A DNA stretch of 64,000 nucleotides, from assembly GCF_044324875.1 (NCBI RefSeq), contig NZ_CP172185.1; one strand, 5' to 3'. A model generated the notes under the pieces. That model was not told where the DNA came from. It saw only the letters and a list, made by a program, of their open reading frames with translations, and made no database searches. The DNA comes from Escherichia coli. Its GTDB lineage: Bacteria > Pseudomonadota > Gammaproteobacteria > Enterobacterales > Enterobacteriaceae. The translations under genes and the position numbers were made by a program. Every line of letters starts with the position of its first letter. Positions within the stretch are counted from its first letter, which is position 1. This document shows positions 45,675-58,518 of this stretch, in pieces.

Positions 45675-48038
45675 ATGAAAACGCTGAAAAACTGGACCCT
45701 GCACAAACAGTCTGCCCACCACGTTGAACTGCTGGTCGATGGCCAGCATATCCTGTGCCTGTACGTGCTGGAAGAAAATCTGTTCCGCGTGCTGTTAAAA
45801 CGCAAAGGCGAGCTGGCGCTGGATCGCACCTGGAGCATTGCTCCGGCGCAGGATGTGCCATGGGAAGGGCGCAGCCGCGAAGATCTCAGCGGCTTTAGCC
45901 TGCCCGCGTGGACATTGATCCAGCACGACGACACCGTGGTTATCGCCACCGAGTCACTGCGTGCCACCGTTCACCAGCCGCTGTGGCTGGAGTGGCACTA
46001 TCGTAACAACGAAGGCGAATGGCTGCCGTTGGTGAATGACCGCCCGACCAGCGCTTATCTGCTGAATGCCCACGGCGACGGCGTGGCGCACTATCAGAGC
46101 CGTCGTAAAGATGAACGCTTTTATGGCCTCGGAGATAAAGCCGGCGACCTGCAACGCAACGGTAAACGTTACGAGATGCGTAACCTCGACGCGATGGGCT
46201 ACAACGCCGTTAGTACTGACCCGTTGTACAAACACATTCCATTCACCATCACCCGCCGCGATGACATTAGCTTCGGCCTGTTTTATGACAACCTCAGCAG
46301 CTGCTGGCTGGATCTGGGCAACGAGATCGACAACTACCACACCGCCTATCGCCGCTGGCAGGCGGAAGCGGGTGATATCGACTACTACCTGTTTACCGGC
46401 GAACGCGTACTTGATATCACCAAAGCCTTCGTACGCCTGACCGGCAAAACCCTGTTCGGACCGAAATGGAGCCTGGGCTACAGCGGTTCAACTATGCACT
46501 ACACCGATGCGCCGGACGCACAAAATCAGTTGATGAACTTTATCCGCCTGTGTGAAGAACATGCGATTCCCTGCGATTCGTTCCAGCTCTCTTCCGGTTA
46601 TACCTCAATTAACGGCAAGCGCTATGTGTTCAACTGGAATTACGACAAAGTGCCGCAGCCGAAAGTGATGAGCCAGGCATTTCACAATGCTGGTTTGCAC
46701 CTGGCCGCCAATATCAAGCCGTGCCTGTTGCAGGATCACCCACGCTATAACGAAGTGGCAGAAAGAGGACTGTTCATCCGTGATTCAGAAACAGATGAAC
46801 CAGAACGTTCCAGCTTCTGGGATGACGAAGGTTCTAACCTCGACTTTACTAATCCGCAGACCATCCAGTGGTGGCAGGAAGGCGTGACCACACAGCTTCT
46901 GGAGATGGGTATCGACTCCACCTGGAACGACAACAACGAATTCGAAGTATGGGACGGTGAAGCACGCTGTCACGGCTTTGGTCAGACGATCGCGATCAAA
47001 CATATTCGCCCGGTGATGCCACTGCTGATGATGCGAGCCTCGATGGAAGCCCAGCAACGTTTCGCTCCGGAAAAACGTCCGTACTTGATCTCCCGCTCCG
47101 GCTGCGCGGTAATGCAGCGCTATGTGCAGACCTGGAGCGGCGATAACCGCACTAGCTGGGACACTCTGCGCTACAACACCCGCATGGGTCTGGGGATGAG
47201 CCTCTCCGGGCTGTATAACCTCGGTCACGACGTCGGCGGTTTCTCCGGTGATAAGCCGGACCCGGAACTGTTTGTACGCTGGGTACAAAACGGCGTGATG
47301 CATCCGCGCTTTACGATTCACTCGTGGAACGATGACCATACCGTAAACGAACCGTGGATGTATCCGGGCGTCACTCCGGCGATCCGCAGCGCTATTGAGT
47401 TGCGCTATCGCCTGCTGCCCTACTTTTATACCCTGATGTGGCAGGCATACGCCGATGATGAACCAATGCTGCGTCCGACTTTCCTTGACCACGAGCACGA
47501 CGTTCAGACTTTTGAAGAGTGTGATGACTTCCTGCTTGGTCGCGATATTTTGGTTGCCAGCGTCGTAGAGCAAGGCGAGCGCCAGCGCCGTGTATGGCTG
47601 CCAGATAACGAAACTGGCTGGTACGATTTCTACAACGGCGAATGGTTCAGTGGCGGTCAGTGGATCACCCTCGACGCACCGCTGGAGAAACTGCCGCTGA
47701 TGGTGCGTGCCGGGGCTGGTCTACCGCTCAGCAAACGCATCACCTATGTGAGCGCAGAACAAGACGATACCCGCGAACTGAAACTGTTCCCGCTGAAAGG
47801 TGTGGGCACAACGTCCGGCCTGCTGTTTGAAGACGATGGCGAAAGCTGGGGCTACCAAACTGGTAATGCGCTTTGGGTGGAATGGGAAATGGTTTGCGAT
47901 GGGGCGACCATCAACCTGAAAGTCAACGCGCGCGGGGATTATCGACCTGCATGGAGTGCACTGAAAGTGTCATTACCAGTGGAAGAAAAACGCACGCTGC
48001 TGGTCAATGGTGTTGAAGGGAGTGAATGGATGCGTTAA
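45675..48038 (+). CDS. glycoside hydrolase family 31 (alpha-glucosidase / alpha-xylosidase-like), ~787 aa
   Basis: GH31 motifs: candidate nucleophile in STWNDNNEF and acid/base in GHDVGGF; start 12 nt after the MFS stop (ATG 45675; GTG 45663 also possible). Confidence 0.85.
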   Translation: MKTLKNWTLHKQSAHHVELLVDGQHILCLYVLEENLFRVLLKRKGELALDRTWSIAPAQDVPWEGRSREDLSGFSLPAWTLIQHDDTVVIATESLRATVHQPLWLEWHYRNNEGEWLPLVNDRPTSAYLLNAHGDGVAHYQSRRKDERFYGLGDKAGDLQRNGKRYEMRNLDAMGYNAVSTDPLYKHIPFTITRRDDISFGLFYDNLSSCWLDLGNEIDNYHTAYRRWQAEAGDIDYYLFTGERVLDITKAFVRLTGKTLFGPKWSLGYSGSTMHYTDAPDAQNQLMNFIRLCEEHAIPCDSFQLSSGYTSINGKRYVFNWNYDKVPQPKVMSQAFHNAGLHLAANIKPCLLQDHPRYNEVAERGLFIRDSETDEPERSSFWDDEGSNLDFTNPQTIQWWQEGVTTQLLEMGIDSTWNDNNEFEVWDGEARCHGFGQTIAIKHIRPVMPLLMMRASMEAQQRFAPEKRPYLISRSGCAVMQRYVQTWSGDNRTSWDTLRYNTRMGLGMSLSGLYNLGHDVGGFSGDKPDPELFVRWVQNGVMHPRFTIHSWNDDHTVNEPWMYPGVTPAIRSAIELRYRLLPYFYTLMWQAYADDEPMLRPTFLDHEHDVQTFEECDDFLLGRDILVASVVEQGERQRRVWLPDNETGWYDFYNGEWFSGGQWITLDAPLEKLPLMVRAGAGLPLSKRITYVSAEQDDTRELKLFPLKGVGTTSGLLFEDDGESWGYQTGNALWVEWEMVCDGATINLKVNARGDYRPAWSALKVSLPVEEKRTLLVNGVEGSEWMR

Positions 48039-48217
48039 ATCATTACCGGGGCCGGGAGGCGACTGCGCCTTACCCGGTCCAGCCATCGAATCCTTTACCT
48101 CAGTATTTCACGCTGCAGGAAGGCAGCAAACCTGTAAACCCCGGGAGCTTAAATAAGTAAGTGACCGGGGTGAACAGGTGAAGCCAATGCATCTGCCGCA
48201 TGAAAGACGGCGGGAAA

Positions 48218-49813
48218 TTAACCGTCGATCCCTTTACTACGCAGATAATCTTCGTAATTACCGCTAAAGTCGATCACGCGTTCCGGGGTGATTTCCAGAA
48301 TACGGGTCGCCAGGGAGCTTACGAACTCACGGTCGTGTGAAACAAAGATCAGCGTGCCCTGATACAGTTCCAGCGCCATGTTCAGCGACTCAATAGATTC
48401 CATATCCAGGTGGTTGGTCGGTTCGTCCATGATCAGAATGTTCGGCTTCTGCATCATTAATTTACCAAACAGCATCCGCCCTTTTTCTCCACCGGAAAGC
48501 ACTTTCGCTGGCTTTTTGATGTCGTCCTGGCTAAACAGCAAACGACCGAGAATGCTGCGTACCGCCTGCTCGTCATCGCCTTCCTGCTTCCACTGGCTCA
48601 TCCATTCGAACACGGTCAGATCATTTTCGAACTCATATTCATGGTCCTGGGCGTAGTAACCAATGCGTGCGTTTTCAGACCATTTTACGGTGCCGCTGTC
48701 CGGTTGCAGATCGCCCACCAGCGTTTTCAGCAGCGTTGATTTACCGACGCCGTTGGTACCCAGTACCGCCAGTTTTTCACCGACCTCCAGCAGCAGGTTG
48801 AGATTTTTAAACAGCGGACCGTTATCAAACCCTTTGGTCAGACCTTCCACTTCCAGCGCGTTACGGAACAGTTTCTTATCCTGTTCAAAACGGATGAACG
48901 GGTTCTGACGGCTGGAGGCTTTCACCTCTTCCAGTTTGATTTTATCAATCTGGCACGCGCGCGAAGTTGCCTGGCGAGATTTCGAGGCGTTGGCACTAAA
49001 GCGGCTAACGAAAGATTGCAGCTCAGCAATCTGCGCTTTCTTCTTGGCGTTATCAGCCAGCAGACGCTCACGCGCCTGGGTCGCCGCCGTCATGTACTCA
49101 TCGTAGTTACCTGGATAAACGCGCAGCTCGCCGTAATCCAGATCAGCCATGTGGGTACAAACCATGTTAAGGAAGTGACGGTCGTGCGAGATGATGATCA
49201 TGGTGCTGTCACGCTCGTTCAGCACCTGTTCCAGCCAACGAATGGTGTCGATGTCGAGGTTGTTGGTCGGTTCGTCGAGCAGGAGAATGTCCGGATCAGC
49301 AAACAGCGCCTGCGCCAGCAGCACACGCAGCTTCCAGCCAGGAGCAACTTCACTCATCGGGCCGTAGTGCTGTTCCACTGGAATTCCCACGCCAAGCAAC
49401 AGTTCACCGGCGCGAGCTTCCGCAGAGTAACCGTCCATTTCGCCGTATTTCACTTCCAGATCGGCCACTTTATAGCCGTCTTCTTCACTCATTTCCGGCA
49501 AAGCATAGATGCGGTCACGCTCCTGTTTCACTTCCCACAACTCTTTATGCCCCATGATCACCGTATCCAACACAGTGAACTCTTCAAAGGCAAACTGATC
49601 CTGACGCAGCTTACCAATGCGCTCGTTGGGATCGAGGGAAACGTTACCCAACGTCGGCTCTAAGTCGCCGCCGAGGATCTTCATAAAGGTGGATTTACCA
49701 CTACCGTTCGCGCCAATCAGGCCGTAACGGTTGCCGCCGCCAAATTTGACGGAAATGTTTTCAAACAACGGCTTACTGCCGAACTGCATGGTGACGTTAC
49801 TGGAAACTAACAC
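48218..49813 (-). CDS. ybiT: ABC-F family ATPase YbiT
   Basis: 531 aa with two ABC domains ([18 protein letters not shown]) and no membrane domain. Confidence 0.92.
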   Translation of the reverse strand: MLVSSNVTMQFGSKPLFENISVKFGGGNRYGLIGANGSGKSTFMKILGGDLEPTLGNVSLDPNERIGKLRQDQFAFEEFTVLDTVIMGHKELWEVKQERDRIYALPEMSEEDGYKVADLEVKYGEMDGYSAEARAGELLLGVGIPVEQHYGPMSEVAPGWKLRVLLAQALFADPDILLLDEPTNNLDIDTIRWLEQVLNERDSTMIIISHDRHFLNMVCTHMADLDYGELRVYPGNYDEYMTAATQARERLLADNAKKKAQIAELQSFVSRFSANASKSRQATSRACQIDKIKLEEVKASSRQNPFIRFEQDKKLFRNALEVEGLTKGFDNGPLFKNLNLLLEVGEKLAVLGTNGVGKSTLLKTLVGDLQPDSGTVKWSENARIGYYAQDHEYEFENDLTVFEWMSQWKQEGDDEQAVRSILGRLLFSQDDIKKPAKVLSGGEKGRMLFGKLMMQKPNILIMDEPTNHLDMESIESLNMALELYQGTLIFVSHDREFVSSLATRILEITPERVIDFSGNYEDYLRSKGIDG

Positions 49814-50031
49814 AGGCGTATCCTGAAAAGAGATATGACAAACCGCGCATTATGCCATAAGTCTGAAAGAAGATCCTGCTCCTCGCTTAAGGTCTACACT
49901 CAAGCCAAAGGCAAAAAATGTGATTTCGTACACATCTGATTTCACTGTGAGCTGGAATGAACTTATAATGCGCTTCCAATACTCTAATATTCTCAACCCA
50001 ATGGCCTGCCAGGCACAAAATCTCGCTTAAC

Positions 50032-50952
50032 ATGAATATGAAATTGAAAACATTATTCGCAGCGGCCTTCGCTGTTGTCGGCTTTTGCAGTACCGCCTCT
50101 GCGGTAACTTATCCTCTGCCAACCGACGGGAGTCGCCTGGTTGGTCAGAATCAGGTGATCACCATTCCTGAAGGTAACACTCAGCCGCTGGAGTATTTTG
50201 CCGCCGAGTACCAGATGGGGCTTTCCAATATGATGGAAGCGAACCCGGGTGTGGATACCTTCCTGCCGAAAGGCGGTACTGTACTGAACATTCCGCAGCA
50301 GCTGATCCTGCCGGATACCGTTCATGAAGGCATCGTCATTAACAGTGCAGAGATGCGTCTGTATTACTATCCGAAAGGGACCAACACCGTTATCGTGCTG
50401 CCGATCGGCATTGGTCAGTTAGGCAAAGACACGCCTATCAACTGGACCACCAAAGTTGAGCGTAAAAAAGCAGGCCCGACCTGGACGCCGACCGCCAAAA
50501 TGCACGCAGAGTACCGCGCTGCGGGCGAACCGCTTCCGGCTGTCGTTCCGGCAGGTCCGGATAACCCGATGGGTCTGTATGCACTCTACATCGGTCGCCT
50601 GTATGCTATCCATGGCACCAACGCCAACTTCGGTATCGGCCTGCGTGTAAGTCATGGTTGTGTGCGTCTGCGTAACGAAGACATCAAATTCCTGTTCGAG
50701 AAAGTACCGGTCGGTACCCGCGTACAGTTTATTGATGAGCCGGTAAAAGCGACCACCGAGCCAGACGGCAGCCGTTATATTGAAGTCCATAATCCGCTGT
50801 CTACCACCGAAGCCCAGTTTGAAGGTCAGGAAATTGTGCCAATTACCCTGACGAAGAGCGTGCAGACAGTGACCGGTCAGCCAGATGTTGACCAGGTTGT
50901 TCTTGATGAAGCGATCAAAAATCGTTCCGGGATGCCGGTTCGTCTGAATTAA
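50032..50952 (+). CDS. ldtB: L,D-transpeptidase LdtB (YbiS)
   Basis: 306 aa with signal peptide and YkuD catalytic motif (HGTN...SHGCVRL). Confidence 0.92.
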
Positions 50953-50970
50953 TCGTCAAAACGTTAAACA

Positions 50971-50998
50971 AAGGCGGACTCATCATCCGCCTTTTTTA
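50971..50998 (+). terminator. rho-independent terminator after ldtB (GGCGGA-CTCATCA-TCCGCC then TTTTTTATTT)
   Basis: Stem-loop plus T-run 20 nt after the stop codon. Confidence 0.8.
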
Positions 50999-51010
50999 TT
51001 TGGCCAGACC

Positions 51011-52129
51011 TTAGTTAGCCGGGAGCATAACGAATAAAACGTATCCCACCAGCGCCGCCCACAACAGCATCGGTATCGAATAAAGATGAAAACGCCACCA
51101 GATACGGCGATCGTTCGCCATCCGTAGCGCAATCAAATTTGCCAGCGATCCGGGTAATAAACCAAAGCCCCCCACGTTTACCGCCCATGCCAGCAGCAAC
51201 GACGGTGGCACATAGTTCAGCAACAATATGGTACTCGGCACGTTACTGATCACCTGCGATAAACCGATTGCCGTTAACCATAATCCGGGTTCGGATAAAT
51301 GACTCACGTTACTTAACCCCCCCTGCAAAGCTGGCAGTTGGGTTAGTAAATGGACGTCGATAAACATCGCCATAAACACCAGCAGCAGCGTCCAGTCCAC
51401 ACTCAACACCACGCGACGTGCCAGCAGCGCAAAGCCCGCCGCCACAATCACCAGTCCCCACAGCTCTTGTTTTAACTCCAGCGCCGTCAGAAAGACGATA
51501 TACAGCCCCAGACAACTCCACACCAGCCGCGGTTTCCACTCCGGAGTTTGCACCCCCGTATGGTATTGCAGTGCCTTTCCAGGGAAACAACACCAGCACA
51601 GGAGCAGGAGCGTCAGCATCATTGCGCCAGCCAGTGGTGCCATTTGGGCAATAAATCCGGCAAACGAAAGATCAGAACGTCCCCAGATAAGAATATTTTG
51701 CGGGTTGCCAATTGGCGTCAGTAGCGAACCAGCGTTGACTGCCAGCGCTTCAAAAATAATCAGCCGATTAACCGGGATCTCACACAGTCTTTTTAGCGTG
51801 ATAGTCAGCGGAACAACAATAAACAGCGCGACATCGTTGGTCAGAAAGGTAGAAAGCAGCGCCGCCGCCAGCACCATAAACATCGCCAGCCGACGCTCCG
51901 TAGCAAAGCGGCGCACCATTTTGCGCCCCAGCACATCAAAATAACCGCTTAACTCCACACCTTTGGTCAGCAGCATCAGGCCGCTTAAGGTGATGATGGT
52001 GTGCCAGTCGATAGCAGCAGGCCAGGATTTCGGTGCAAAAGGCACGAAAAAGCTTAATCCGATACCAACAAGAATTAATAACTGAAAAAAACGATCACCT
52101 TGCAGCGTGCGTAAAAAAGGCAGGCTCAT
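51011..52129 (-). CDS. ybiR: putative transporter YbiR
   Basis: 372-aa polytopic membrane ORF overlapping the mntR stop. Confidence 0.88.
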
Positions 52130-52593
52130 TTGGCACCGTGTTTCTGGGTAAACAAACGAAAGGCATCCAGCGTCTCTTCACTAACATGGTGCTCCATGCC
52201 TTCCGCGTCGCGACGGGCGATTTCCGGACTGACGCCCAACACCAACAAGAAATTTTCGACTATCTGATGTCGCTCGCGGCTTTCCTGCGCCAGTTTCTCT
52301 CCTTCTGCCGTTAAAAACACGCCACGCCAGGGGATCATTTCAATCAGCCCCATGGTTGCCAGCCGCTTAAGCATTTTCGCCACTGTCGGTTGCGAAACCC
52401 CCAGACGAGCAGCCATGTCCACCTGACGAGCTTCCCCCACTTCCCTGATCAAGTCAGAAATCAGCTCAACGTAATCATCAATAAGCTCGCGCCGATGCGC
52501 CTCTCTGACCTGGCGGAACCCTTCAACGTGCTCTTCCACGTTCACTAACTGCGTCACTTTTTTTGCTGTTGGCGTACCTGCGCGACGACTCAT
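52126..52593 (-). CDS. mntR: manganese-responsive transcriptional regulator MntR (DtxR family)
   Basis: 155 aa, N-terminal HTH. Confidence 0.92.
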
Positions 52594-52702
52594 TGTGCTT
52601 CCTCATTATGGTGACGCATACCTAGCGTTCTCATTTCGTGCGCACATTGTAAACCAGAGTTGCGAAGGTACAAAAAATTAACGTTTTAGCAATAGCTATA
52701 TA

Positions 52703-52720
52703 ATATAGCCTGTGCTATAT
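52703..52720. promoter_or_regulatory. candidate MntR operator (inverted repeat ATATAGC-CTGT-GCTATAT) upstream of mntS
   Basis: Palindrome read directly; resembles the MntR box (AAACATAGC...GCTATGTTT) from established knowledge. Confidence 0.55.
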
Positions 52721-52778
52721 CTGTATGTAATGCAATCATCCCTCAAGGATCGACGGGATTAGCAAGTCAGGAGGTCTT

Positions 52779-52907
52779 ATGAATGAGTTCAAGAGGTGTA
52801 TGCGCGTGTTTAGTCATTCTCCCTTTAAAGTACGGTTAATGCTGCTCTCTATGTTGTGCGATATGGTCAACAACAAACCGCAGCAAGATAAACCTTCCGA
52901 TAAATAG
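52779..52907 (+). CDS. mntS: small protein MntS (42 aa)
   Basis: ORF MNEFKRCMRVFSHSPFKVRLMLLSMLCDMVNNKPQQDKPSDK with SD AGGAGG upstream; known small protein in the mntR-opgE interval. Confidence 0.85.
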   Translation: MNEFKRCMRVFSHSPFKVRLMLLSMLCDMVNNKPQQDKPSDK

Positions 52908-53178
52908 CGGCGTCGCGGTACGCCGCTTCACTCCTGCTTTTATGCAGGCACAACGCGTTTTGGTCTGAAAAACCCCACTTTTTGTCGGATTTGCAATCCC
53001 CTTCGCAAAAGATTTGTTCGTCAGTAGTTGACCTGAACGGCGGCTCGCTCTATCTTCTTGCAGCCCTGCGTATATTGCGGCTCGCGGATGCGGACCCCTT
53101 TCCCCTCTTCACGCACTCTTGCAGGTATTGACCCTTGACGCCAGGGTAAGCACATGGCGTTTGTTACGATAGTGGCAT

Positions 53179-54762
53179 ATGAATTTAACCCTCAAAGAAT
53201 CGCTTGTTACCCGTAGCCGGGTATTTAGCCCGTGGACTGCGTTCTACTTTTTACAGTCGCTATTAATTAACCTCGGCTTAGGTTATCCCTTCAGTTTGCT
53301 CTACACCGCTGCGTTTACGGCTATGTTGCTTTTGCTATGGCGAACATTGCCTCGCGTACAAAAAGTTCTGGTCGGTGTCAGTTCGCTGGTGGCGGCTTGT
53401 TATTTCCCTTTTGCTCAGGCCTACGGCGCGCCTAATTTCAATACATTGCTGGCATTGCACTCCACCAATATGGAAGAGTCGACCGAAATCCTGACGATTT
53501 TTCCGTGGTACAGCTACCTGGTCGGCTTATTTATTTTTGCGCTCGGCTTAATAGCAATCAGGCGAAAAAAAGAGAATGAAAAAGCGCGCTGGAATACCTT
53601 CGACAGCCTGTATCTGGTATTCAGTGTGGCGACATTTTTTGTTGCTCCCGTGCAAAACCTGGCCTGGGGCGGCGTATTTAAACTGAAAGATACTGGCTAT
53701 CCGGTATTTCGTTTTGCTAAGGATGTCATCGTCAATAATAACGAGGTGATTGAAGAGCAAGAACGGATGGCAAAACTTTCCGGAATGAAAGATACCTGGA
53801 CGGTCACTGCCGTTAAGCCGAAGTATCAGACCTATGTGGTGGTGATCGGTGAAAGCGCGCGTCGCGATGCCCTCGGTGCCTTTGGCGGTCACTGGGACAA
53901 TACCCCGTTTGCCAGCAGCGTTAACGGTTTGATATTTGCTGACTACATTGCCGCCAGTGGCTCCACGCAGAAATCGCTTGGCTTAACGCTCAATCGCGTT
54001 GTCGATGGCAAACCACAGTTTCAGGATAACTTTGTCACCCTGGCAAATCGCGCGGGCTTCCAGACCTGGTGGTTTTCCAACCAGGGCCAAATCGGCGAAT
54101 ACGATACCGCCATCGCCAGCATCGCCAAACGTGCAGATGAAGTGTACTTCCTGAAAGAAGGTAATTTTGAAGCAGATAAAAACACGAAAGACGAAGCGTT
54201 ACTGGATATGACCGCTCAAGTGCTGGCGCAAGAGCACTCGCAACCGCAGCTGATTGTTTTACATCTGATGGGCTCACATCCGCAGGCCTGCGACCGGACA
54301 CAAGGCAAATACGAAACCTTTGTGCAATCGAAAGAAACGTCGTGCTATCTCTATACCATGACGCAAACAGACGATTTACTGCGTAAGCTGTACGATCAGT
54401 TACGCAACAGCGGCAGTAGCTTCTCGCTGGTTTACTTTTCTGACCACGGTCTGGCCTTTAAAGAGCGTGGCAAAGACGTGCAATACCTTGCCCATGATGA
54501 TAAGTATCAGCAAAATTTCCAGGTGCCTTTTATGGTCATTTCCAGCGACGATAAAGCGCATCGGGTGATTAAAGCCCGCCGCTCAGCCAATGACTTCTTA
54601 GGTTTTTTCTCCCAGTGGACGGGAATTAAAGCGAAGGAAATTAACATCAAATACCCGTTTATGTCTGAGAAGAAAGCCGGGCCGATATACATCACCAACT
54701 TCCAGTTACAGAAGGTAGATTACAACCATCTCGGAACCGATATTTTCGACCCGAAACCTTAA
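53179..54762 (+). CDS. opgE: phosphoethanolamine transferase OpgE (YbiP)
   Basis: 527 aa, N-terminal TM region plus sulfatase-like domain. Confidence 0.9.
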   Translation: MNLTLKESLVTRSRVFSPWTAFYFLQSLLINLGLGYPFSLLYTAAFTAMLLLLWRTLPRVQKVLVGVSSLVAACYFPFAQAYGAPNFNTLLALHSTNMEESTEILTIFPWYSYLVGLFIFALGLIAIRRKKENEKARWNTFDSLYLVFSVATFFVAPVQNLAWGGVFKLKDTGYPVFRFAKDVIVNNNEVIEEQERMAKLSGMKDTWTVTAVKPKYQTYVVVIGESARRDALGAFGGHWDNTPFASSVNGLIFADYIAASGSTQKSLGLTLNRVVDGKPQFQDNFVTLANRAGFQTWWFSNQGQIGEYDTAIASIAKRADEVYFLKEGNFEADKNTKDEALLDMTAQVLAQEHSQPQLIVLHLMGSHPQACDRTQGKYETFVQSKETSCYLYTMTQTDDLLRKLYDQLRNSGSSFSLVYFSDHGLAFKERGKDVQYLAHDDKYQQNFQVPFMVISSDDKAHRVIKARRSANDFLGFFSQWTGIKAKEINIKYPFMSEKKAGPIYITNFQLQKVDYNHLGTDIFDPKP

Positions 54763-54765
54763 AAA

Positions 54766-54796
54766 CAAAAATCCGCCCCGAGAGGCGGATTTTTTA
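54766..54796. terminator. bidirectional rho-independent terminator between convergent opgE and ompX (ATCCGCC-CCGAGA-GGCGGAT flanked by A-run and T-run)
   Basis: Perfect 7-bp stem with poly-A upstream and poly-T downstream. Confidence 0.85.
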
Positions 54797-54810
54797 TATC
54801 ACCGAAGTGA

Positions 54811-55326
54811 TTAGAAGCGGTAACCAACACCGGCAATCCAGGTGCCTACGTCAACGCTACGAATACGGCTCTGCTCGTAAGAGAAGTCCAGAGCAACGTT
54901 TTCCATCGGGTTGAACTGCAGACCAGCACCGTAGGAGAAACCGTAGTCGCTGGTGTCGTGTTTGTAGGTCGGGTATTCAGTGGTCTGGAATTTACCATAA
55001 CCCACACCCACTACACCGTAGATGCTTGCCCAGTCGTTAATGCGGTAAGCCGGACCAGCAGTGATGCCGTAGTACTGGTTTTTGTTGTAGTCACCAGAGC
55101 TTGCAGTACGGCTTTTCTCGGTGTAAGTGAAAGAACCGATCACACCCAGCGGGCTGTTGTCTTCTTCATAGCGGTATTTCAGGTTGAAACCGCCCATTTT
55201 GTTCATTTGGCCCTGAGCGTCGCTCTGTGCGTAACCGCCAGTTACGGTAGAAGTTGCAGCTACGGAAGTACCTGCGGTGAAAGCCAGAACTGCGGCCAGT
55301 GCTGAAAGACATGCAATTTTTTTCAT
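54811..55326 (-). CDS. ompX: outer membrane protein OmpX
   Basis: 171 aa from MKKIACLSALAAVLAFTAGTSVA; 8-strand beta-barrel ending in F. Confidence 0.95.
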   Translation of the reverse strand: MKKIACLSALAAVLAFTAGTSVAATSTVTGGYAQSDAQGQMNKMGGFNLKYRYEEDNSPLGVIGSFTYTEKSRTASSGDYNKNQYYGITAGPAYRINDWASIYGVVGVGYGKFQTTEYPTYKHDTSDYGFSYGAGLQFNPMENVALDFSYEQSRIRSVDVGTWIAGVGYRF

Positions 55327-55678
55327 AACCACCTCAAATGTGATTCAAATAAGTCCTAAGTTTTAAATATATCAAAAATTAATGGGAAACTCTTCGCGAT
55401 TTGTGATGTCTAACGGGCCATTTCATGTAACAGAACGTTTCCATACACCGCTATCCATCTAAATTTAAATCACTTTTTCAGAGAACTGCGTAAGTATTAC
55501 GCATGTTTTCCCTGTCATTCATCCAGATTATTCCTAATCACCAGACTAATGATTCCATCAATCCTGGCGCATTTTAGTCAAAACGGGGGAAAATTTTTTC
55601 AACAAATGCTCAACCAGCATTGGGTATATCCAGTACACTCCACGCTTTACTTAGGTTTAGATATTTGTGGGAGAAAGG

Positions 55679-56566
55679 ATGCCTGGTTCATTACGTAAAA
55701 TGCCGGTCTGGTTACCAATAGTCATATTGCTCGTTGCCATGGCGTCTATTCAGGGTGGAGCCTCGTTAGCTAAGTCACTTTTTCCTCTGGTGGGCGCACC
55801 GGGTGTCACTGCGCTGCGTCTGGCATTAGGAACGCTGATCCTCATCGCGTTCTTTAAGCCATGGCGACTGCGCTTTGCCAAAGAGCAGCGGTTACCGCTG
55901 TTGTTTTACGGCGTTTCGCTGGGGGGGATGAATTATCTTTTTTATCTTTCTATTCAGACGGTACCGCTGGGTATTGCGGTGGCGCTGGAGTTCACCGGAC
56001 CACTGGCGGTGGCGCTGTTCTCTTCTCGTCGCCCGGTAGATTTCGTCTGGGTTGTTCTGGCGGTTCTTGGTCTGTGGTTCCTGCTACCGCTGGGGCAAGA
56101 CGTTTCCCATGTCGATTTAACCGGCTGTGCGCTGGCTCTGGGGGCCGGGGCTTGTTGGGCTATTTACATTTTAAGTGGGCAACGCGCAGGAGCGGAACAT
56201 GGCCCTGCGACGGTGGCAATTGGTTCGTTGATTGCAGCGTTAATTTTCGTGCCAATTGGAGCGCTTCAGGCTGGTGAAGCACTCTGGCACTGGTCGGTTA
56301 TTCCATTGGGTCTGGCGGTCGCTATTCTCTCGACCGCTCTGCCTTATTCGCTGGAAATGATTGCCCTCACCCGTTTGCCAACACGGACATTTGGTACGCT
56401 GATGAGCATGGAACCGGCGCTGGCTGCCGTTTCCGGGATGATTTTCCTCGGAGAAACACTGACACCCATACAGCTGCTGGCGCTCGGCGCTATCATCGCC
56501 GCTTCAATGGGGTCTACGCTGACAGTACGCAAAGAGAGCAAAATAAAAGAATTAGACATTAATTAA
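55679..56566 (+). CDS. rhtA: threonine/homoserine exporter RhtA (DMT superfamily)
   Basis: 295 aa from MPGSLRKMPVWLPIV; SD GAGAAAGG. Confidence 0.92.
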   Translation: MPGSLRKMPVWLPIVILLVAMASIQGGASLAKSLFPLVGAPGVTALRLALGTLILIAFFKPWRLRFAKEQRLPLLFYGVSLGGMNYLFYLSIQTVPLGIAVALEFTGPLAVALFSSRRPVDFVWVVLAVLGLWFLLPLGQDVSHVDLTGCALALGAGACWAIYILSGQRAGAEHGPATVAIGSLIAALIFVPIGALQAGEALWHWSVIPLGLAVAILSTALPYSLEMIALTRLPTRTFGTLMSMEPALAAVSGMIFLGETLTPIQLLALGAIIAASMGSTLTVRKESKIKELDIN

Positions 56567-56575
56567 ATTTACATT

Positions 56576-56605
56576 TCTGCATGGTTATGCATAACCATGC
56601 AGAAT
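56576..56605 (+). terminator. hairpin after rhtA (perfect palindrome TTCTGCATGGTTATG / CATAACCATGCAGAA)
   Basis: 15-bp perfect inverted repeat 10 nt after the stop; weak T-tract. Confidence 0.6.
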
Positions 56606-56720
56606 TTCTCGCTACTTTTCCTCTACACCGTCTTTATATATCGAATTATGCAAAAGCATATTTATTCCGAAAATTCCTGGCGAGCCAATAAATAAGAATT
56701 GTTCTTATCAATATAACTAA

Positions 56721-57368
<648 letters not shown>

Positions 57369-57595
57369 ATCCATCGCTGATGGTGCAGAACTTTAGTACC
57401 CGATAAAAGCGGCTTCCTGACAGGAGGCCGTTTTGTTTTGTAGCCCGCCTCAACGCACTTATTTAGTGCATCCATCTGCTATCCCCAGCTGGTTAAGTAA
57501 ATTTTTTGTATCCACATCATCACACAATCGTTACATAAAGATTGTTTTTTCATCAGGTTTTACGCTAAATAATCACTGTGTTGAGTGCACAATTT

Positions 57596-57630
57596 TAGCG
57601 CACCAGTTTGGTGCCCCAGAATGGTGCATC
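57596..57630. promoter_or_regulatory. NtrC binding sites of glnHp2 (GCACCAGTTTGGTGC and overlapping TGGTGCATC half-sites)
   Basis: TGCACCA-N-TGGTGCA type inverted repeats about 90 bp upstream of the sigma-54 promoter. Confidence 0.6.
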
Positions 57631-57701
57631 TTCAGGGTATTGCCCTATAAATCGTGCATCACGTTTTTGTCGCATCTCGAAAAATCAATGAGTTGCAAAA
57701 C

Positions 57702-57717
57702 TGGCACGATTTTTTCA
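57702..57717 (+). promoter_or_regulatory. sigma-54 promoter glnHp2 (TGGCACGATTTTTTCA)
   Basis: GG-N10-(G/T)C spacing with a TGGCAC -24 element about 55 nt upstream of the glnH start codon. Confidence 0.7.
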
Positions 57718-57756
57718 TATATGTGAATGTCACGCAGGGGATCGTCCCGTGGATAG

Positions 57757-58518
<762 letters not shown>

